In this document: positions 9,782 to 19,454 of the stretch, in pieces
Position numbering within the stretch: position 1 is the stretch's first letter
Layout: each line of letters begins with the position of its first letter
Assembly (NCBI GenBank): GCA_016181045.1
Contig: JACPAB010000003.1
Location: 7,652 to 71,651, forward strand
From: Candidatus Yanofskybacteria bacterium
GTDB taxonomy: Bacteria > Patescibacteriota > Minisyncoccia > 2-02-FULL-40-12 > GWA2-44-9
Reading direction: 5' to 3'
DNA length: 64,000 nucleotides
Position numbers and translations under genes: made by a program
Notes under the pieces: generated by a model
What the model saw: only the letters and a program-made list of their open reading frames with translations
Databases searched by the model: none
Told to the model about the DNA's origin: nothing

Positions 9782-10067
9782 ATAAGAATATGACTACATA
9801 CACCTATTTCGCTCGGTTGAACTGAAAATAAATTTTCAATCACCCTCGCTAATAGTTGTAATGTATTATTTAAAGTAATTTTATCATTATTAAGAAGGAA
9901 TTTTTGTGGAAATCTTTTTCAACCGCTTGTTTAATCCAGTTGTAGTTATGTTTTTACAAATATTATTTATCCCCAGCACTTGTTTATAAATTACTTATTA
10001 TCGGCTCATAAAAATTCGTAAACTCGGATATTAAAAAGTAATAACAAATTTATCAACAAATTAACAA
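9782..10067. other. probable replication origin (oriC, dnaA-dnaN spacer)
   Basis: AT-rich spacer with DnaA-box-like 9-mers (TGTGGAAAT, TTATCCCCA, TGTTTATAA, TTATCAACA). Confidence 0.7.
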
Positions 10068-11441
10068 CTACTTCTCAAAAGAATTATAAACACGTTCTTT
10101 GATCAGAACCAGTTCTTGTTTTAAATTTTCATCCATCGATGTTTCGCCCCTGATCTTTTCGCAGGCATGAATGACCGTTGAATGGTCCCTTCCTCCCAAT
10201 TTCTGGCCGATCTCCGGGAAAGACAATTTTGTTTCTTCTCTGAGCAGGAACATTGCCACCTGTCTTGGTTTGACCACCTCCTTCTTGCGGCTCCTTTTTA
10301 GGAGGTCGTTTGATGATATGCTGTAAAAATCAGCGACGGACCGGAGTATGACCTGAGGCGAGGTCTTTCGATAGGGCGTATTCAGGTAAGCGTTCAGTAT
10401 GTTCTTCACCTCTTTTAAGTCAGGGACTTTATTATATATTTGGCTGAAAGCAACTACTCTGTTTAGGGCGCCCTCTAACTCTCTGACGTTCTTTTGAATG
10501 TGCGTGGCTACATATGAAAGGATGTCCTCTTCCAAAGAAGCGCCTTTTTCCGAAACCTTCATCTTTAAAATGGCTAATCTGGTCTCAAAGTCCGGGATGC
10601 CGACATCGGCTATCATACCGCCTTGGAACCTGGACTTGAGGCGCTCTTCCAGCGCCGGAATGGCCTGCGGCGGCCTGTCGGACGATAGTAATATTTGTTT
10701 GTTCTTACCGTAAAGTTCGTTGAATGTTGAAAATACTATATCCTGTGTCTTGACCTTACCGGCAATGAACTGAACGTCGTCGATCATCAGAAGATCCAAT
10801 TTTGAATACCTGTTTTTGAGATCCTCAATTGTTTTATTCCCTATGGACTCAACAATATCGGCCGTAAGACGCTCGGCAGAAATATAAAGGACTTTTTTGT
10901 CTTTATTTTCGTTCGACACTTTGTTTCCGATCGCCTGAAGAAGATGCGTCTTGCCCAAACCGACCCCGCCATACAAAAACAGAGGATTATAGAGTTTCCC
11001 AAGCTCTCTGGTTACCCTTAAAGCAGCTGCATGAGCCAGTTCGTTGTTAGAGCCGACAACAAACGACTCGAAAGTGTATTTTTTATTCAGATTAGTTTGC
11101 TTGTCTACATCGGCATCCTGCGCAGCATCTGATTTTTCTTCGATTTCGTTATCCATGATGATCTTTGAGAAGTCCTGTTTAAGGAGCTCTATTTTGGGTC
11201 GTCCGATGGCGTATCTGATCTCCCGTATTTCAGGAGTGAGGGTTCTTATCGAGTCCAGTATCTTTCTGTTGAACTTGTTTTCTAGCCACTCTTTAATGAA
11301 ACCGTTCGGAACGCTAACCAAAACACAATTCTTGTCGCGTGAGAGAATGGAAGTGTTCTTGAACCAGGTGGTGAAATTGGCTCTCGATAAAGATAATTCC
11401 ATTTCTCCCAAAACCGCTTTCCAGAGTTCTTCGTTGGTCAT
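10068..11441 (-). CDS. dnaA: chromosomal replication initiator DnaA
   Basis: [43 protein letters not shown]. Confidence 0.99.
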   Translation of the reverse strand: MTNEELWKAVLGEMELSLSRANFTTWFKNTSILSRDKNCVLVSVPNGFIKEWLENKFNRKILDSIRTLTPEIREIRYAIGRPKIELLKQDFSKIIMDNEIEEKSDAAQDADVDKQTNLNKKYTFESFVVGSNNELAHAAALRVTRELGKLYNPLFLYGGVGLGKTHLLQAIGNKVSNENKDKKVLYISAERLTADIVESIGNKTIEDLKNRYSKLDLLMIDDVQFIAGKVKTQDIVFSTFNELYGKNKQILLSSDRPPQAIPALEERLKSRFQGGMIADVGIPDFETRLAILKMKVSEKGASLEEDILSYVATHIQKNVRELEGALNRVVAFSQIYNKVPDLKEVKNILNAYLNTPYRKTSPQVILRSVADFYSISSNDLLKRSRKKEVVKPRQVAMFLLREETKLSFPEIGQKLGGRDHSTVIHACEKIRGETSMDENLKQELVLIKERVYNSFEK

Positions 11442-11479
11442 GAAACAAGTTTAAACAAAAACTTCAAGCTATCCAAAAC

Positions 11480-11605
11480 AAAAACGTGCACACACTGTGT
11501 ATAACAGGTGGAGAACTGTTGACAATATTGACAAGCAACGAAAAGTGATTGAAAAAATAAAATTTCCTGCGCTTGATTAAAATTGCCTCAGAAGATATAA
11601 TAATT
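11480..11605. promoter_or_regulatory. DnaA boxes and divergent dnaA/rpmH promoter region
   Basis: TGTGTATAA plus degenerate boxes; TTGATT...TATAAT before rpmH. Confidence 0.6.
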
Positions 11606-11608
11606 AAT

Positions 11609-11752
11609 ATGCAATCAAAAGCCCTGACATATAGGCCAAAAAGAAAGAAAAGAAAGTCCACCCACGGATTCCTCACTCGGATGAGAACTAAATCCGGCCG
11701 AAAAATCCTGGCCAGGAGACGGAACAAGGGCAGAAAACGGCTAACCGTTTAA
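11609..11752 (+). CDS. rpmH: 50S ribosomal protein L34
   Basis: [47 protein letters not shown]. Confidence 0.97.
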   Translation: MQSKALTYRPKRKKRKSTHGFLTRMRTKSGRKILARRRNKGRKRLTV

Positions 11753-11868
11753 TTTTCAATTTTCAGTTTCCAATTTTCATTGAATGTTTCAATGTATTAA
11801 TTTTCAATTGAAGAATTGAATCATTGTAAATTTATTGGGAATTGATAATTGTAAATTGGAAATTTTTT
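11753..11868. repeat. 7-bp-period inverted repeat tract
   Basis: TTTTCAA units followed by AATTG(A/T/G)A units. Confidence 0.75.
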
Positions 11869-11872
11869 AGTT

Positions 11873-12205
11873 ATGGCTCTCAACAAAAAAAACCGGCTCA
11901 AAAAGAAGAAGGATTTCGAGGGGGTCTTTAAACAGGGAAAAGCCGTAAAAGGCAATTTTTTATTTGTCAAATACAGGAAAAACGGTTCGGGCTATCCCAG
12001 GATCGCTTTTATAGTATCGTCCAAAGTTTCTCGAAAGGCCGTTGTCAGGAACAGGATCAGGAGAATATTGTCGGATATTTCCAGAACCAGGTTGAAGGAA
12101 CTTGGCCCTGTGGACATAATATTGATAGCGGATAAAAAGATCATAGAAGCCCCAAGAGAAAAAATAGAACAGGACCTGGAATCGATTTTCAGAAAACTTA
12201 AATGA
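11873..12205 (+). CDS. rnpA: ribonuclease P protein component
   Basis: [25 protein letters not shown]. Confidence 0.95.
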   Translation: MALNKKNRLKKKKDFEGVFKQGKAVKGNFLFVKYRKNGSGYPRIAFIVSSKVSRKAVVRNRIRRILSDISRTRLKELGPVDIILIADKKIIEAPREKIEQDLESIFRKLK

Positions 12206-12270
12206 CCCTTCGACCCATTCGACAAAGCCTCAGGGTGGTGAGCTTGTCGAATCCACAGGCTCAGGGTCAT
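12202..12270. repeat. nested CCCTTCGAC...GCTCAGGG palindromic element
   Basis: ATGACCCT...AGGGTCAT terminal inverted repeat enclosing TTCGACAA...TTGTCGAA. Confidence 0.7.
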
Positions 12271-12288
12271 ACTGAACCAATTGAACGT

Positions 12289-12516
12289 ATGAAAAATGTA
12301 GCCATTAAACTTATTAATATCTACAAAAGCGGTTCCGCCAGGTTTTGGCTCGGCGGTCCTTTTGTGCTCTATTCTAACTGCAAATACCATCCGACCTGCT
12401 CTGAATATACAATTCAAGCGATCGAAAAACACGGACTGTTCAAGGGGTTCGGAAAAGGAGTATTGCGGGTCTTGCGATGTAATCCCCTCTCCCGCGGAGG
12501 GATAGATCTGCCATGA
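12289..12516 (+). CDS. yidD: membrane protein insertion efficiency factor YidD
   Basis: [26 protein letters not shown]; alternative in-frame start at 12202. Confidence 0.93.
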   Translation: MKNVAIKLINIYKSGSARFWLGGPFVLYSNCKYHPTCSEYTIQAIEKHGLFKGFGKGVLRVLRCNPLSRGGIDLP

Positions 12517-13202
12517 TTAGTATTTTTAACGAAATTTTATTCAGGCCTCTTTTCAACATTACCGTATTTTTATACGACATTCTGCCTTGGAATGATTTCG
12601 GTCTGGCAATCATAGTCCTGACCGTTATAATCAAATTTATCTTCCTGCCTTTGACCACAAAGTCGATAAGGTCTCAAAAAAAACTCAGCCAGCTTAATCC
12701 TCAAATCCAGCAGATCAAAGAAAAGTACAAGAACAATCCAAAGGCGCAGTCAGAGGCGACCCTTGCCTTATACCGGGAAAACGGCATCAACCCGTTGTCC
12801 GGTTGTCTTCCTCTGCTGATACAGATTCCCATTCTCATCGGTCTTTACCAGGCATTTATAGTCGGTCTTAAACCGGAAAGCTTGGGTATGTTGTATGGTT
12901 TTGTTAAAAATCCCGGCGCCATAAACCAGACATCTTTTTGGTTCATAGATATCGGCTCGAAGATGCCTGTTCTGGCTATTCTTGCCGGAGGACTGCAGTT
13001 TCTTCAGGCCAAAAAAAGCTCTGCCCAAACCCAAGGGCCCGGCGCTGTTCCGGAGATGAAAGCGCTCAACTCTCAAATGTTGTATTTTTTTCCGATTATG
13101 GTAATAGTTATTGGTTGGAACTTGCCGGCCGGCCTGCTCTTATACTGGCTGACGACAACCGCGTTTTCCATCGTTGAACAGACATATGCGCAAAGGTCAT
13201 GA
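12513..13202 (+). CDS. yidC: membrane protein insertase YidC/Oxa1
   Basis: [32 protein letters not shown]. Confidence 0.96.
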   Translation: MISIFNEILFRPLFNITVFLYDILPWNDFGLAIIVLTVIIKFIFLPLTTKSIRSQKKLSQLNPQIQQIKEKYKNNPKAQSEATLALYRENGINPLSGCLPLLIQIPILIGLYQAFIVGLKPESLGMLYGFVKNPGAINQTSFWFIDIGSKMPVLAILAGGLQFLQAKKSSAQTQGPGAVPEMKALNSQMLYFFPIMVIVIGWNLPAGLLLYWLTTTAFSIVEQTYAQRS

Positions 13203-13717
13203 CCAATTTTACCGAACAGAACGGGGACAGGATCAAGGAAGCCGTCAAAAAGATGGCGGGCTTTATGGACACGGAGTGTCAGGTAGAGCTTCGGGAAGAG
13301 CTGGGCCAGGATGGCAGGGTTAGTTTGGTTATTTCCATGTACACTCCCGACAACGCCAGATTTTTGATAGGAAAGAACGGACAGAATCTGAAGGCCCTCG
13401 AACACTTGGTAAGGTCAATGTTCATGAAACCTGCCCGACTACCTGACGGCACTCAGGCGGGCGGGGACAGTAAAGAAGTTGCCGGCATCTCTGTTGATGT
13501 GAATGACTATAAACGCGCAAGGACCTCGTACATAGTGGATATGGCCAAACAGGCCGTCCAGCGTGTAAGGAATACCCAGAAGGCCGAGGTTCTCCTTCCT
13601 ATGTCTGCCTATGAAAGAAGGGTTGTCCACATGGAGCTGGCAGCTTGCCCTGACATTGCCACCGAAAGCGCTGGAGATGAACCCCATAGACGGATAGTAA
13701 TCAAGCCCTATCCATAA
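13199..13717 (+). CDS. jag: Jag/KhpB KH-R3H RNA-binding protein
   Basis: LIGKNGQNLKALEHL, PMSAYERRVVH; position after yidC. Confidence 0.9.
   Translation: MTNFTEQNGDRIKEAVKKMAGFMDTECQVELREELGQDGRVSLVISMYTPDNARFLIGKNGQNLKALEHLVRSMFMKPARLPDGTQAGGDSKEVAGISVDVNDYKRARTSYIVDMAKQAVQRVRNTQKAEVLLPMSAYERRVVHMELAACPDIATESAGDEPHRRIVIKPYP
13430..13466. repeat. palindromic element family A, copy 1 (in frame in jag)
   Basis: CCTGCCCGACTACCTGACGGCACTCAGGCGGGCGGGG; 34/37 identical to the reverse complement of 14126-14162. Confidence 0.85.
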
Positions 13718-13746
13718 AAAATTGAGGTTGCAACCTCAATTTTTTA
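13717..13746. terminator. bidirectional terminator
   Basis: AAAAATTGAGGTTGCAACCTCAATTTTT between convergent genes. Confidence 0.8.
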
Positions 13747-13846
13747 ATTTACAATTATCAATTTTTCAATTTTCATTGAATGTATCAATTGATCAATTGT
13801 ATCATTGGAGAATTTATTGAAAATTGATGCTTGAAAATTGAAAATT
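13747..13846. repeat. 7-bp-period inverted repeat tract
   Basis: (A)ATTTTCA / TGAAAAT units, similar to 11753-11868 and 46515-46570. Confidence 0.75.
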
Positions 13847-15008
13847 AATCCACTGCAATTTTTAAGGCATAGAGTTTGCCGTCTGTTTCGTTGAGTATTA
13901 TCAGAAAATTCTCGGTGCCGGTAAGCATCAGCTGTTTGGCGGATATATTTTTTGCCGGAGAGAACAGAAGCTCCTTTGTGCCATCCATATTTATTTTATA
14001 GATATCCTCGCCCCCCTGGCCGGACCGTCCGACGGCGCAGAAGATGTAGTCGCTGTTTATGCCCCAAGCGCATTTATAAGCGGGAGTAGAGATGTCCAGG
14101 GCCTTAACCGACGAAGACAAGGCGTCCCCGCCCGCCTGAGTGTCGTCAGGCAGTCGGGCGGGTTTTATGAAAAGCATCGGGCGGCCGCTTTCTCTTGTTG
14201 AATAAAGAATCTTTACGCCGCCGGAAGACCAAAGAACATCCACTTTCCCGGGTTCATCGACGAACTTAGTTAAATTCCCGGTCAGGGAGAGAAGATAAAC
14301 ACTATCCCTGCCATCCACCGAGGCCTTAAAAGATATGTATTCTTCCGATGGCCAGGAGAGCTTTATGTCCGCAAGGCGGGTATCGATGACCTTTCTCGGA
14401 GAACTGCCGTCGGGCGAGGAAACATAGATAGCGCCGTCAAGGCCCAGGGACCGAAGATACGCTATGTGCGAACCGTCCGGTGAGAACGCTAATGACCTTA
14501 TGGTTTTTCCAAGGCCCACAACCTTGTTTGTTTGGTAATTGTAATATCTGAAATCCTTGCCGTTGTTCGTGTCAAAAACACTCACCACCTCTTTTTTATT
14601 TGGGGACCAGAGCGTCTCGACAAGATTCGGAAGCGGTTTATCGGAGACGATCCTCTCGTTCATCCCGTACGAAACAGAAGCGCGCTGCGGGCCCTCGCGG
14701 TTTCGTTCGGGATTCATATCTCTCGGACCGGCCTCGAATACCCGGCCGTTGCTTTTGTCGTAATACAGGACGGAGGATTTTTCTTTTGAAAGAGTCGGAG
14801 ATAAAACCGCTCTCTTGCTTAAGGCAGACAGGTTTCCCGAAGAATTTTCGAGATCACTCGGCTGGCTTTCGTCGAATTTTTCCAGGAAGCCACCCCCGAT
14901 ATTAGCCGATTGCCTTGTGAAATCCTTTTGGCTTATCAAATATCCCGCTAAAAAAGCGGCCAACGACAAGGACAGAACAATTAGTACTATTAGAAATTTA
15001 TTATTCAT
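13845..15008 (-). CDS. membrane-anchored beta-propeller (TolB/WD40-like) protein
   Basis: N-terminal TM helix; repeated WSP/FSPDG blade motifs. Confidence 0.7.
   Translation of the reverse strand: MNNKFLIVLIVLSLSLAAFLAGYLISQKDFTRQSANIGGGFLEKFDESQPSDLENSSGNLSALSKRAVLSPTLSKEKSSVLYYDKSNGRVFEAGPRDMNPERNREGPQRASVSYGMNERIVSDKPLPNLVETLWSPNKKEVVSVFDTNNGKDFRYYNYQTNKVVGLGKTIRSLAFSPDGSHIAYLRSLGLDGAIYVSSPDGSSPRKVIDTRLADIKLSWPSEEYISFKASVDGRDSVYLLSLTGNLTKFVDEPGKVDVLWSSGGVKILYSTRESGRPMLFIKPARLPDDTQAGGDALSSSVKALDISTPAYKCAWGINSDYIFCAVGRSGQGGEDIYKINMDGTKELLFSPAKNISAKQLMLTGTENFLIILNETDGKLYALKIAVD
14126..14162. repeat. palindromic element family A, copy 2 (in frame)
   Basis: Encodes PARLPDDTQAGG, matching PARLPDGTQAGG in jag. 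Confidence 0.85.
14658..14717. mobile_element. palindromic element family E, copy 1 (in frame, 48-bp core plus 6-bp duplication)
   Basis: GTTCAT-[CCCGTACGAA...GTTCGGG]-ATTCAT; homologous to 18804-18862. Confidence 0.8.
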
Positions 15009-15423
15009 TTATGTTTTCTTCTTCCGGCTGTTTCTTTGCCTGTATGCTCATTCCTCGATACATCCAGATAAGGGCCAATGTTCGGAAAGGAATGAATTCC
15101 AGCACCGAAGCCAGGATGGGGAAATTCTCCGCTACGAATCCGAGAGCAAACCGCTTCCACTGTTTGCGCGCGTTCTTGGACATGCCGACCCCTATAAGTA
15201 TGGCCACGTCTACCAGAAGTCCCAATGGTATGGCGATTATCGCTCCGACCCCAGTATAGACCGTTAATATTTCAATTATATCAACAAAAAGGGCAAAGAG
15301 TATCAGGATATAAGACCCGACACCCATTTTGTATGGCTCTGGCCGGCTTAATTCTTCCGGTTCTCGGCTTTCTATATTCCTCTGTGCTTCAAGTTCGTTG
15401 AAAACATCATTTTCATCTGCCAT
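15001..15423 (-). CDS. membrane protein of the VirB4-like cluster
   Basis: 140 aa, several hydrophobic segments, in operon. Confidence 0.7.
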   Translation of the reverse strand: MADENDVFNELEAQRNIESREPEELSRPEPYKMGVGSYILILFALFVDIIEILTVYTGVGAIIAIPLGLLVDVAILIGVGMSKNARKQWKRFALGFVAENFPILASVLEFIPFRTLALIWMYRGMSIQAKKQPEEENINE

Positions 15424-15448
15424 ATTCTAATTCCTAATTTCCTAATAC

Positions 15449-17218
15449 CTAACTCCTAAGCTTTGCCCACTCTTCTTTGGCTTTCTCTATTTCCAAAAGT
15501 TGCTTCGGGTCGGAGGTAATTATCTGGTCTTCGGCGTAAGAGGCCACTACCCTGATACCGATATGGTTCTGGCCCAGGAAGAACAAACCGAAACCGACCC
15601 TTGCCTCAAGAAGATAATATTTTTCCGCATCGGTCAGGTTGAATGTTTGCTGGACTATGTCTATCGTCGAGGGGGACTGCTTCATCAGGACTTGAATGGA
15701 TGAGTTGGCAAGGACGCTTTTGCCCGCTTCGCTGGCGAGAAATACCGACACATCCTGTGAAATGGTTGTAAGTCCGGCGTAATATTTTCTGGCCCGGCGG
15801 GCAATGTTGGCGATAAAATCGGCGCCGATGGGATATTTCATAAGCCACCAGGCCTCATCGATCATTAGGAGCCGTTTTTTCAAAGTTCTGCGCATGGCGG
15901 TCCAGATATGATTGAGAACCAGATACATAGCGATAGGCCTTAACTCTTCTTCCATGTCCCTGATACTGAAAACAACCATTTGGTTATCCAACGCCACGTT
16001 GGTCGGCCTGTTCAAAAATCCGGCGAATGTTCCCTGGGTGTATTTGCGGAGCCGGATAGCCATTGATTCGGCGCCGGTAAGGCCTTCTAATACGTTTTGG
16101 AGGTCAGATAGCAACGGGGCGGACGCTTTTGAAAAATCCGATTCAGGAACGATGTCCTTTAGGGCATATGTTTGAATTAGGGCCTCGTCTAATATAGACA
16201 CCTCCTCCGGAGTTAACTCACCCAAGATAAGCCGGAGCAGTCCGGTTAAGCTCAATATGTGCGACTTGAATACGTCCGCCGGTGATTCGTCTGGTTTGGG
16301 CACGGGGAGATCGAAGGGGTTAATGTGCTGGTCGGAGTTTATCGATATCTTAACAGAGGTCCCCCCGATGGTGTCAGAAAGGTATTTGTATTCGTTCTCG
16401 GGGTCAATGATAAGAACCTGGGTGCCGAAAATTAAACTTCTCAATATTTCCAGTTTTACGGTATAACTTTTTCCTCCTCCGGATTTGCCAAACACGACTG
16501 CGTTGGCATTCTCCAAGTTGAACCGGTCGAACAAGACGAGGGAGTTATTGTGGGTGTTAATGCCGTAGAGGATCCCGGAATTTGATGTCAGGTCGAAGGA
16601 TACAAAAGGAAATATCGAAGAAAGCGGCTCGGTGTTCAAGGACGTGTGGACGTTGAGCTTGTCCTCATTTAGGGGAAGCGTTGAAGTGAATCCCTCGCCC
16701 ATTCTGAAAATGGCCGATTTGGGGAAAACAAGCTGGTATTCCAGAAGCCCTCTGACCTTATTTTCCGTCTCATCAAGTTCTTTCAAACTATTCTCGTAAT
16801 AAGTGATGTAAACCCCCAGTTCAAAGAACTTGTCGGTCCCCTGTTGGAGCTTGTCCCGGAGCAGTTCGATATCCTGCATCGCCGTCTCAAGCATCGGATC
16901 CCGGACCTTGCCTTTGGAGGCCTCTTCCATGGTTTGGGACTGGAGCCGGGCCAGCTGGTCGCGGAGTTGTTTTAAAACAGTAGCGGTATTTTTCGGCAAG
17001 ATGAATATCGAAATATCCAAAACCCGATCCAGGTTCAGGATCGGAGAGAACCAGTTCGTCTGCAGGTATCTCGGGAACGTCGCCAAAAAGATCGTTCGGG
17101 CAAACTTATTACCGACCTGCATGTAGTTTGGTGAGACGCTAAATGCTTCCGGAGCAAGAAGCTCGTCCATTTTCTTGACTGATGCGTCACCCAGTTGTAT
17201 ATCTTGTTTGTTCGCCAT
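15449..17218 (-). CDS. VirB4/TraC-like ATPase
   Basis: Walker A VFGKSGGGKSY, IIDPENEY, INPFD, Walker B MIDEAW, RRARKY. Confidence 0.93.
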   Translation of the reverse strand: MANKQDIQLGDASVKKMDELLAPEAFSVSPNYMQVGNKFARTIFLATFPRYLQTNWFSPILNLDRVLDISIFILPKNTATVLKQLRDQLARLQSQTMEEASKGKVRDPMLETAMQDIELLRDKLQQGTDKFFELGVYITYYENSLKELDETENKVRGLLEYQLVFPKSAIFRMGEGFTSTLPLNEDKLNVHTSLNTEPLSSIFPFVSFDLTSNSGILYGINTHNNSLVLFDRFNLENANAVVFGKSGGGKSYTVKLEILRSLIFGTQVLIIDPENEYKYLSDTIGGTSVKISINSDQHINPFDLPVPKPDESPADVFKSHILSLTGLLRLILGELTPEEVSILDEALIQTYALKDIVPESDFSKASAPLLSDLQNVLEGLTGAESMAIRLRKYTQGTFAGFLNRPTNVALDNQMVVFSIRDMEEELRPIAMYLVLNHIWTAMRRTLKKRLLMIDEAWWLMKYPIGADFIANIARRARKYYAGLTTISQDVSVFLASEAGKSVLANSSIQVLMKQSPSTIDIVQQTFNLTDAEKYYLLEARVGFGLFFLGQNHIGIRVVASYAEDQIITSDPKQLLEIEKAKEEWAKLRS

Positions 17219-17224
17219 ATGTCG

Positions 17225-17866
17225 TTAGTTGTCAGTCGTTGGTTGTAAGTTGATTTTAATGCCGGGATTATACAGACCGTAATAAAGATTCATCAGTTCG
17301 GTGCCTTCAAGGAGCCGGGTCTTAAGTCCCAGCCCGACCAAGCCGTCGAATACGAGCTCGACTCTTTGCAGGAGCTGGTTTTTGTATGTTTCGAGCTGTT
17401 CGGGTTTTATCTGTTTGATCACACCCGAAGGCTTGAGGATACTTTTTAAACTATCCACCAATCCTGTTTTTGACGGCGTCTCGAATACGTAAAAAGGAAC
17501 TACAATGTAGAATTTTTTGGACATGATATTGGACAGGTCTGCCAGTTCTTTGATGAACTTCGAATACTCGGCGGCCTGTATTTTTAGCAGCTCGCTTGTC
17601 AGCGATTCGGTAGTCGTCTCTATGAGTTTGAGATAGTCCTCGATATCGAGCCGCCTGGAATTCACCACGATTTGCAGGGGGAAATCGGTTGAATTCAGGA
17701 ATCTCTGGAAATTCTGCAGGATCGCGACCTGCTCCTCCTCCGATCTCAACTCGAAGTTTATCGACGAGACCTCTATTACCGTCCTCAAAGAGCCGTTCTT
17801 CAGAATAACGATGTTGTCGACTATGTCTGCTACCTCGACTAATTGTTTTGTGGATTGGTTAGCCAT
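17225..17866 (-). CDS. conserved protein of the VirB4-like cluster
   Basis: SSINFELRSEEEQ, FPLQIVVNSRRLDI, KKFYIVVP; lies between PrgI-like and VirB4-like genes. Confidence 0.75.
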   Translation of the reverse strand: MANQSTKQLVEVADIVDNIVILKNGSLRTVIEVSSINFELRSEEEQVAILQNFQRFLNSTDFPLQIVVNSRRLDIEDYLKLIETTTESLTSELLKIQAAEYSKFIKELADLSNIMSKKFYIVVPFYVFETPSKTGLVDSLKSILKPSGVIKQIKPEQLETYKNQLLQRVELVFDGLVGLGLKTRLLEGTELMNLYYGLYNPGIKINLQPTTDN

Positions 17867-18169
17867 CTACTTGTTCAATATGTTGGTTTGATCTTCTTTC
17901 TTAAATATATATTTTTTCGGATTTAGAATGTATGACAGACCATAAGATGCGTAAACCAATAGGGGGACCCCATCTACCCTTACGAATGCCATGGCTAAGA
18001 ATATCGCGGCAACAGGCAGGGCCAAAGCGATAAACAGAAAACCTTTCGTGAACATGAAAAGAAGAAAAAGTATTGCCGCTCCTCCGGCCACCCATAAAAA
18101 TTGCATGAGCGTGAACGGCCCGACAATTTTCACTTCCGTCTCGATAAATTGTGGAATTTGAAAGCGCAT
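17867..18169 (-). CDS. PrgI-family membrane protein
   Basis: MRFQIPQFIETEVKIVGPFTLMQF followed by two TM helices. Confidence 0.85.
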   Translation of the reverse strand: MRFQIPQFIETEVKIVGPFTLMQFLWVAGGAAILFLLFMFTKGFLFIALALPVAAIFLAMAFVRVDGVPLLVYASYGLSYILNPKKYIFKKEDQTNILNK

Positions 18170-18280
18170 ATAACTTAAGTATATCAAATAAACCGCTAAA
18201 AATGGTGCCAGTAGTCAACAGGGTGTCAGATACAGGATACGGGGGTTGCAATACCGTTAGCCTTTTGATATATTTAACTT

Positions 18281-18496
18281 ATGAAAACTATTTCTATTCC
18301 AAAAACTATGGCAAAAGAAGAGTTGCTTCTCCTGACTCGCAAAGAATACGACCAGCTTTTGGATACTATAAGGAAAATAGAAAAAAAAGCAGAACTAGAC
18401 CCCGACTTACAAGAAGCAATCAAAGAAATTAAAAAGGGCAAACTTATAGGGCCGTTTACTTCTATTAAAGAATTGCGATTGTCTCTGGCAAAATGA
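18281..18496 (+). CDS. putative antitoxin
   Basis: 71 aa; overlaps (ATGA) the downstream RelE-like gene; C-terminus IKKGKLIGPFTSIKEL. Confidence 0.7.
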   Translation: MKTISIPKTMAKEELLLLTRKEYDQLLDTIRKIEKKAELDPDLQEAIKEIKKGKLIGPFTSIKELRLSLAK

Positions 18497-18738
18497 AAAT
18501 ATTTTATACTCCTAAATTCAAGAGGAGTTTTGATAATTTCCCAAAACATATTAGAGACACGTTCTATAAACAGACAACTCACTTACTAAAAAACATAAGG
18601 CACCCATCTCTTAAAGCCAAGAAATACAGTGAGAAGTTGGATATTTGGCAGGCAAGGATAGATAAGTCTGTCCGGCTTTACTTTTTGATTGAGAAAGACA
18701 GGTACATCTTGCTTGATATTAAAAAACATTCAAAGTAG
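18493..18738 (+). CDS. RelE/ParE-superfamily toxin
   Basis: MKIFYTPKFKRSF, RHPSLKAKK, IWQARIDKSVRLYF. Confidence 0.8.
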   Translation: MKIFYTPKFKRSFDNFPKHIRDTFYKQTTHLLKNIRHPSLKAKKYSEKLDIWQARIDKSVRLYFLIEKDRYILLDIKKHSK

Positions 18739-18770
18739 CTCCACTTTTTTGGTTGATTGTGGGAGCGCCA

Positions 18771-18881
18771 GTGAACGGCCCGACAATTTTTACCTCGGTC
18801 TCGATAAATCCCGTACGAAGCAGAGACACGTTGCGGGTCCTCCGGCTTTGTTCGGGATGAATTGTGGGATTTGAAAACGCC
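18771..18881 (-). pseudogene. degenerate duplicate of the prgI-like 5' end
   Basis: Matches 18111-18169 (RFQIPQFI..ETEVKIVGPFT), with the start codon lost and a 53-bp frameshifting insertion. Confidence 0.85.
18804..18862. mobile_element. palindromic element family E, copy 2 (47-bp core plus 6-bp duplication)
   Basis: ATAAAT-[CCCGTACGAA...GTTCGGG]-ATGAAT; the empty site is the single ATAAAT at 18144-18149. Confidence 0.85.
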
Positions 18882-18883
18882 TT

Positions 18884-19438
18884 TTATTTTTGGTTTCTTA
18901 GGTCGACGACATTTCCGGGGCTGACCGGAGGTTCCTGGTTTCTTAGCGGGGGCGGGATATATTGAGGTGGGCCGGATCTTACGGGGGGTCTATATTGTTG
19001 GGGCGGCTCTAAAGATTTTTGAGGAGATAACCCTTTTTGCATATTTTTGAGATCCCCTATTACTGAAGCGAATAACTCGTTTACAATTTTACTCTGTATT
19101 TGATACGCAACCGCGGAGTCGATTCCCAAATTCTCGGAGATCTTGCCGGCCATCTCGTTTATCGAAATATCGCCAAGAAGGACGTCTCGGATTATTCGGG
19201 TCGCCTCTGCTTTCTGGTCTTTGTTCAGGCCGAAGCTTGGGCCCAAATTTTCTTCGATGAACTCTGCGGTCGAAGGATCCATCAAAATGTTCCTGACGGA
19301 CTCTGGCAGAGCGAGAACTCTGTTTGTATATTCTGTAAAGAAATTCTTGGGCTTGGAACCAAAAAGATCCACGTTGAATGGCGTTGCGTAACTTGAACCT
19401 TCTCCCATGCCTTCTTGTTCGTTTAGAATTTCGTCCAT
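18884..19438 (-). CDS. hypothetical protein with Pro-rich C-terminus (ends NVVDLRNQK)
   Basis: 184-aa ORF in operon. Confidence 0.7.
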   Translation of the reverse strand: MDEILNEQEGMGEGSSYATPFNVDLFGSKPKNFFTEYTNRVLALPESVRNILMDPSTAEFIEENLGPSFGLNKDQKAEATRIIRDVLLGDISINEMAGKISENLGIDSAVAYQIQSKIVNELFASVIGDLKNMQKGLSPQKSLEPPQQYRPPVRSGPPQYIPPPLRNQEPPVSPGNVVDLRNQK

Positions 19439-19454
19439 ATCAATTTACCGTCTG

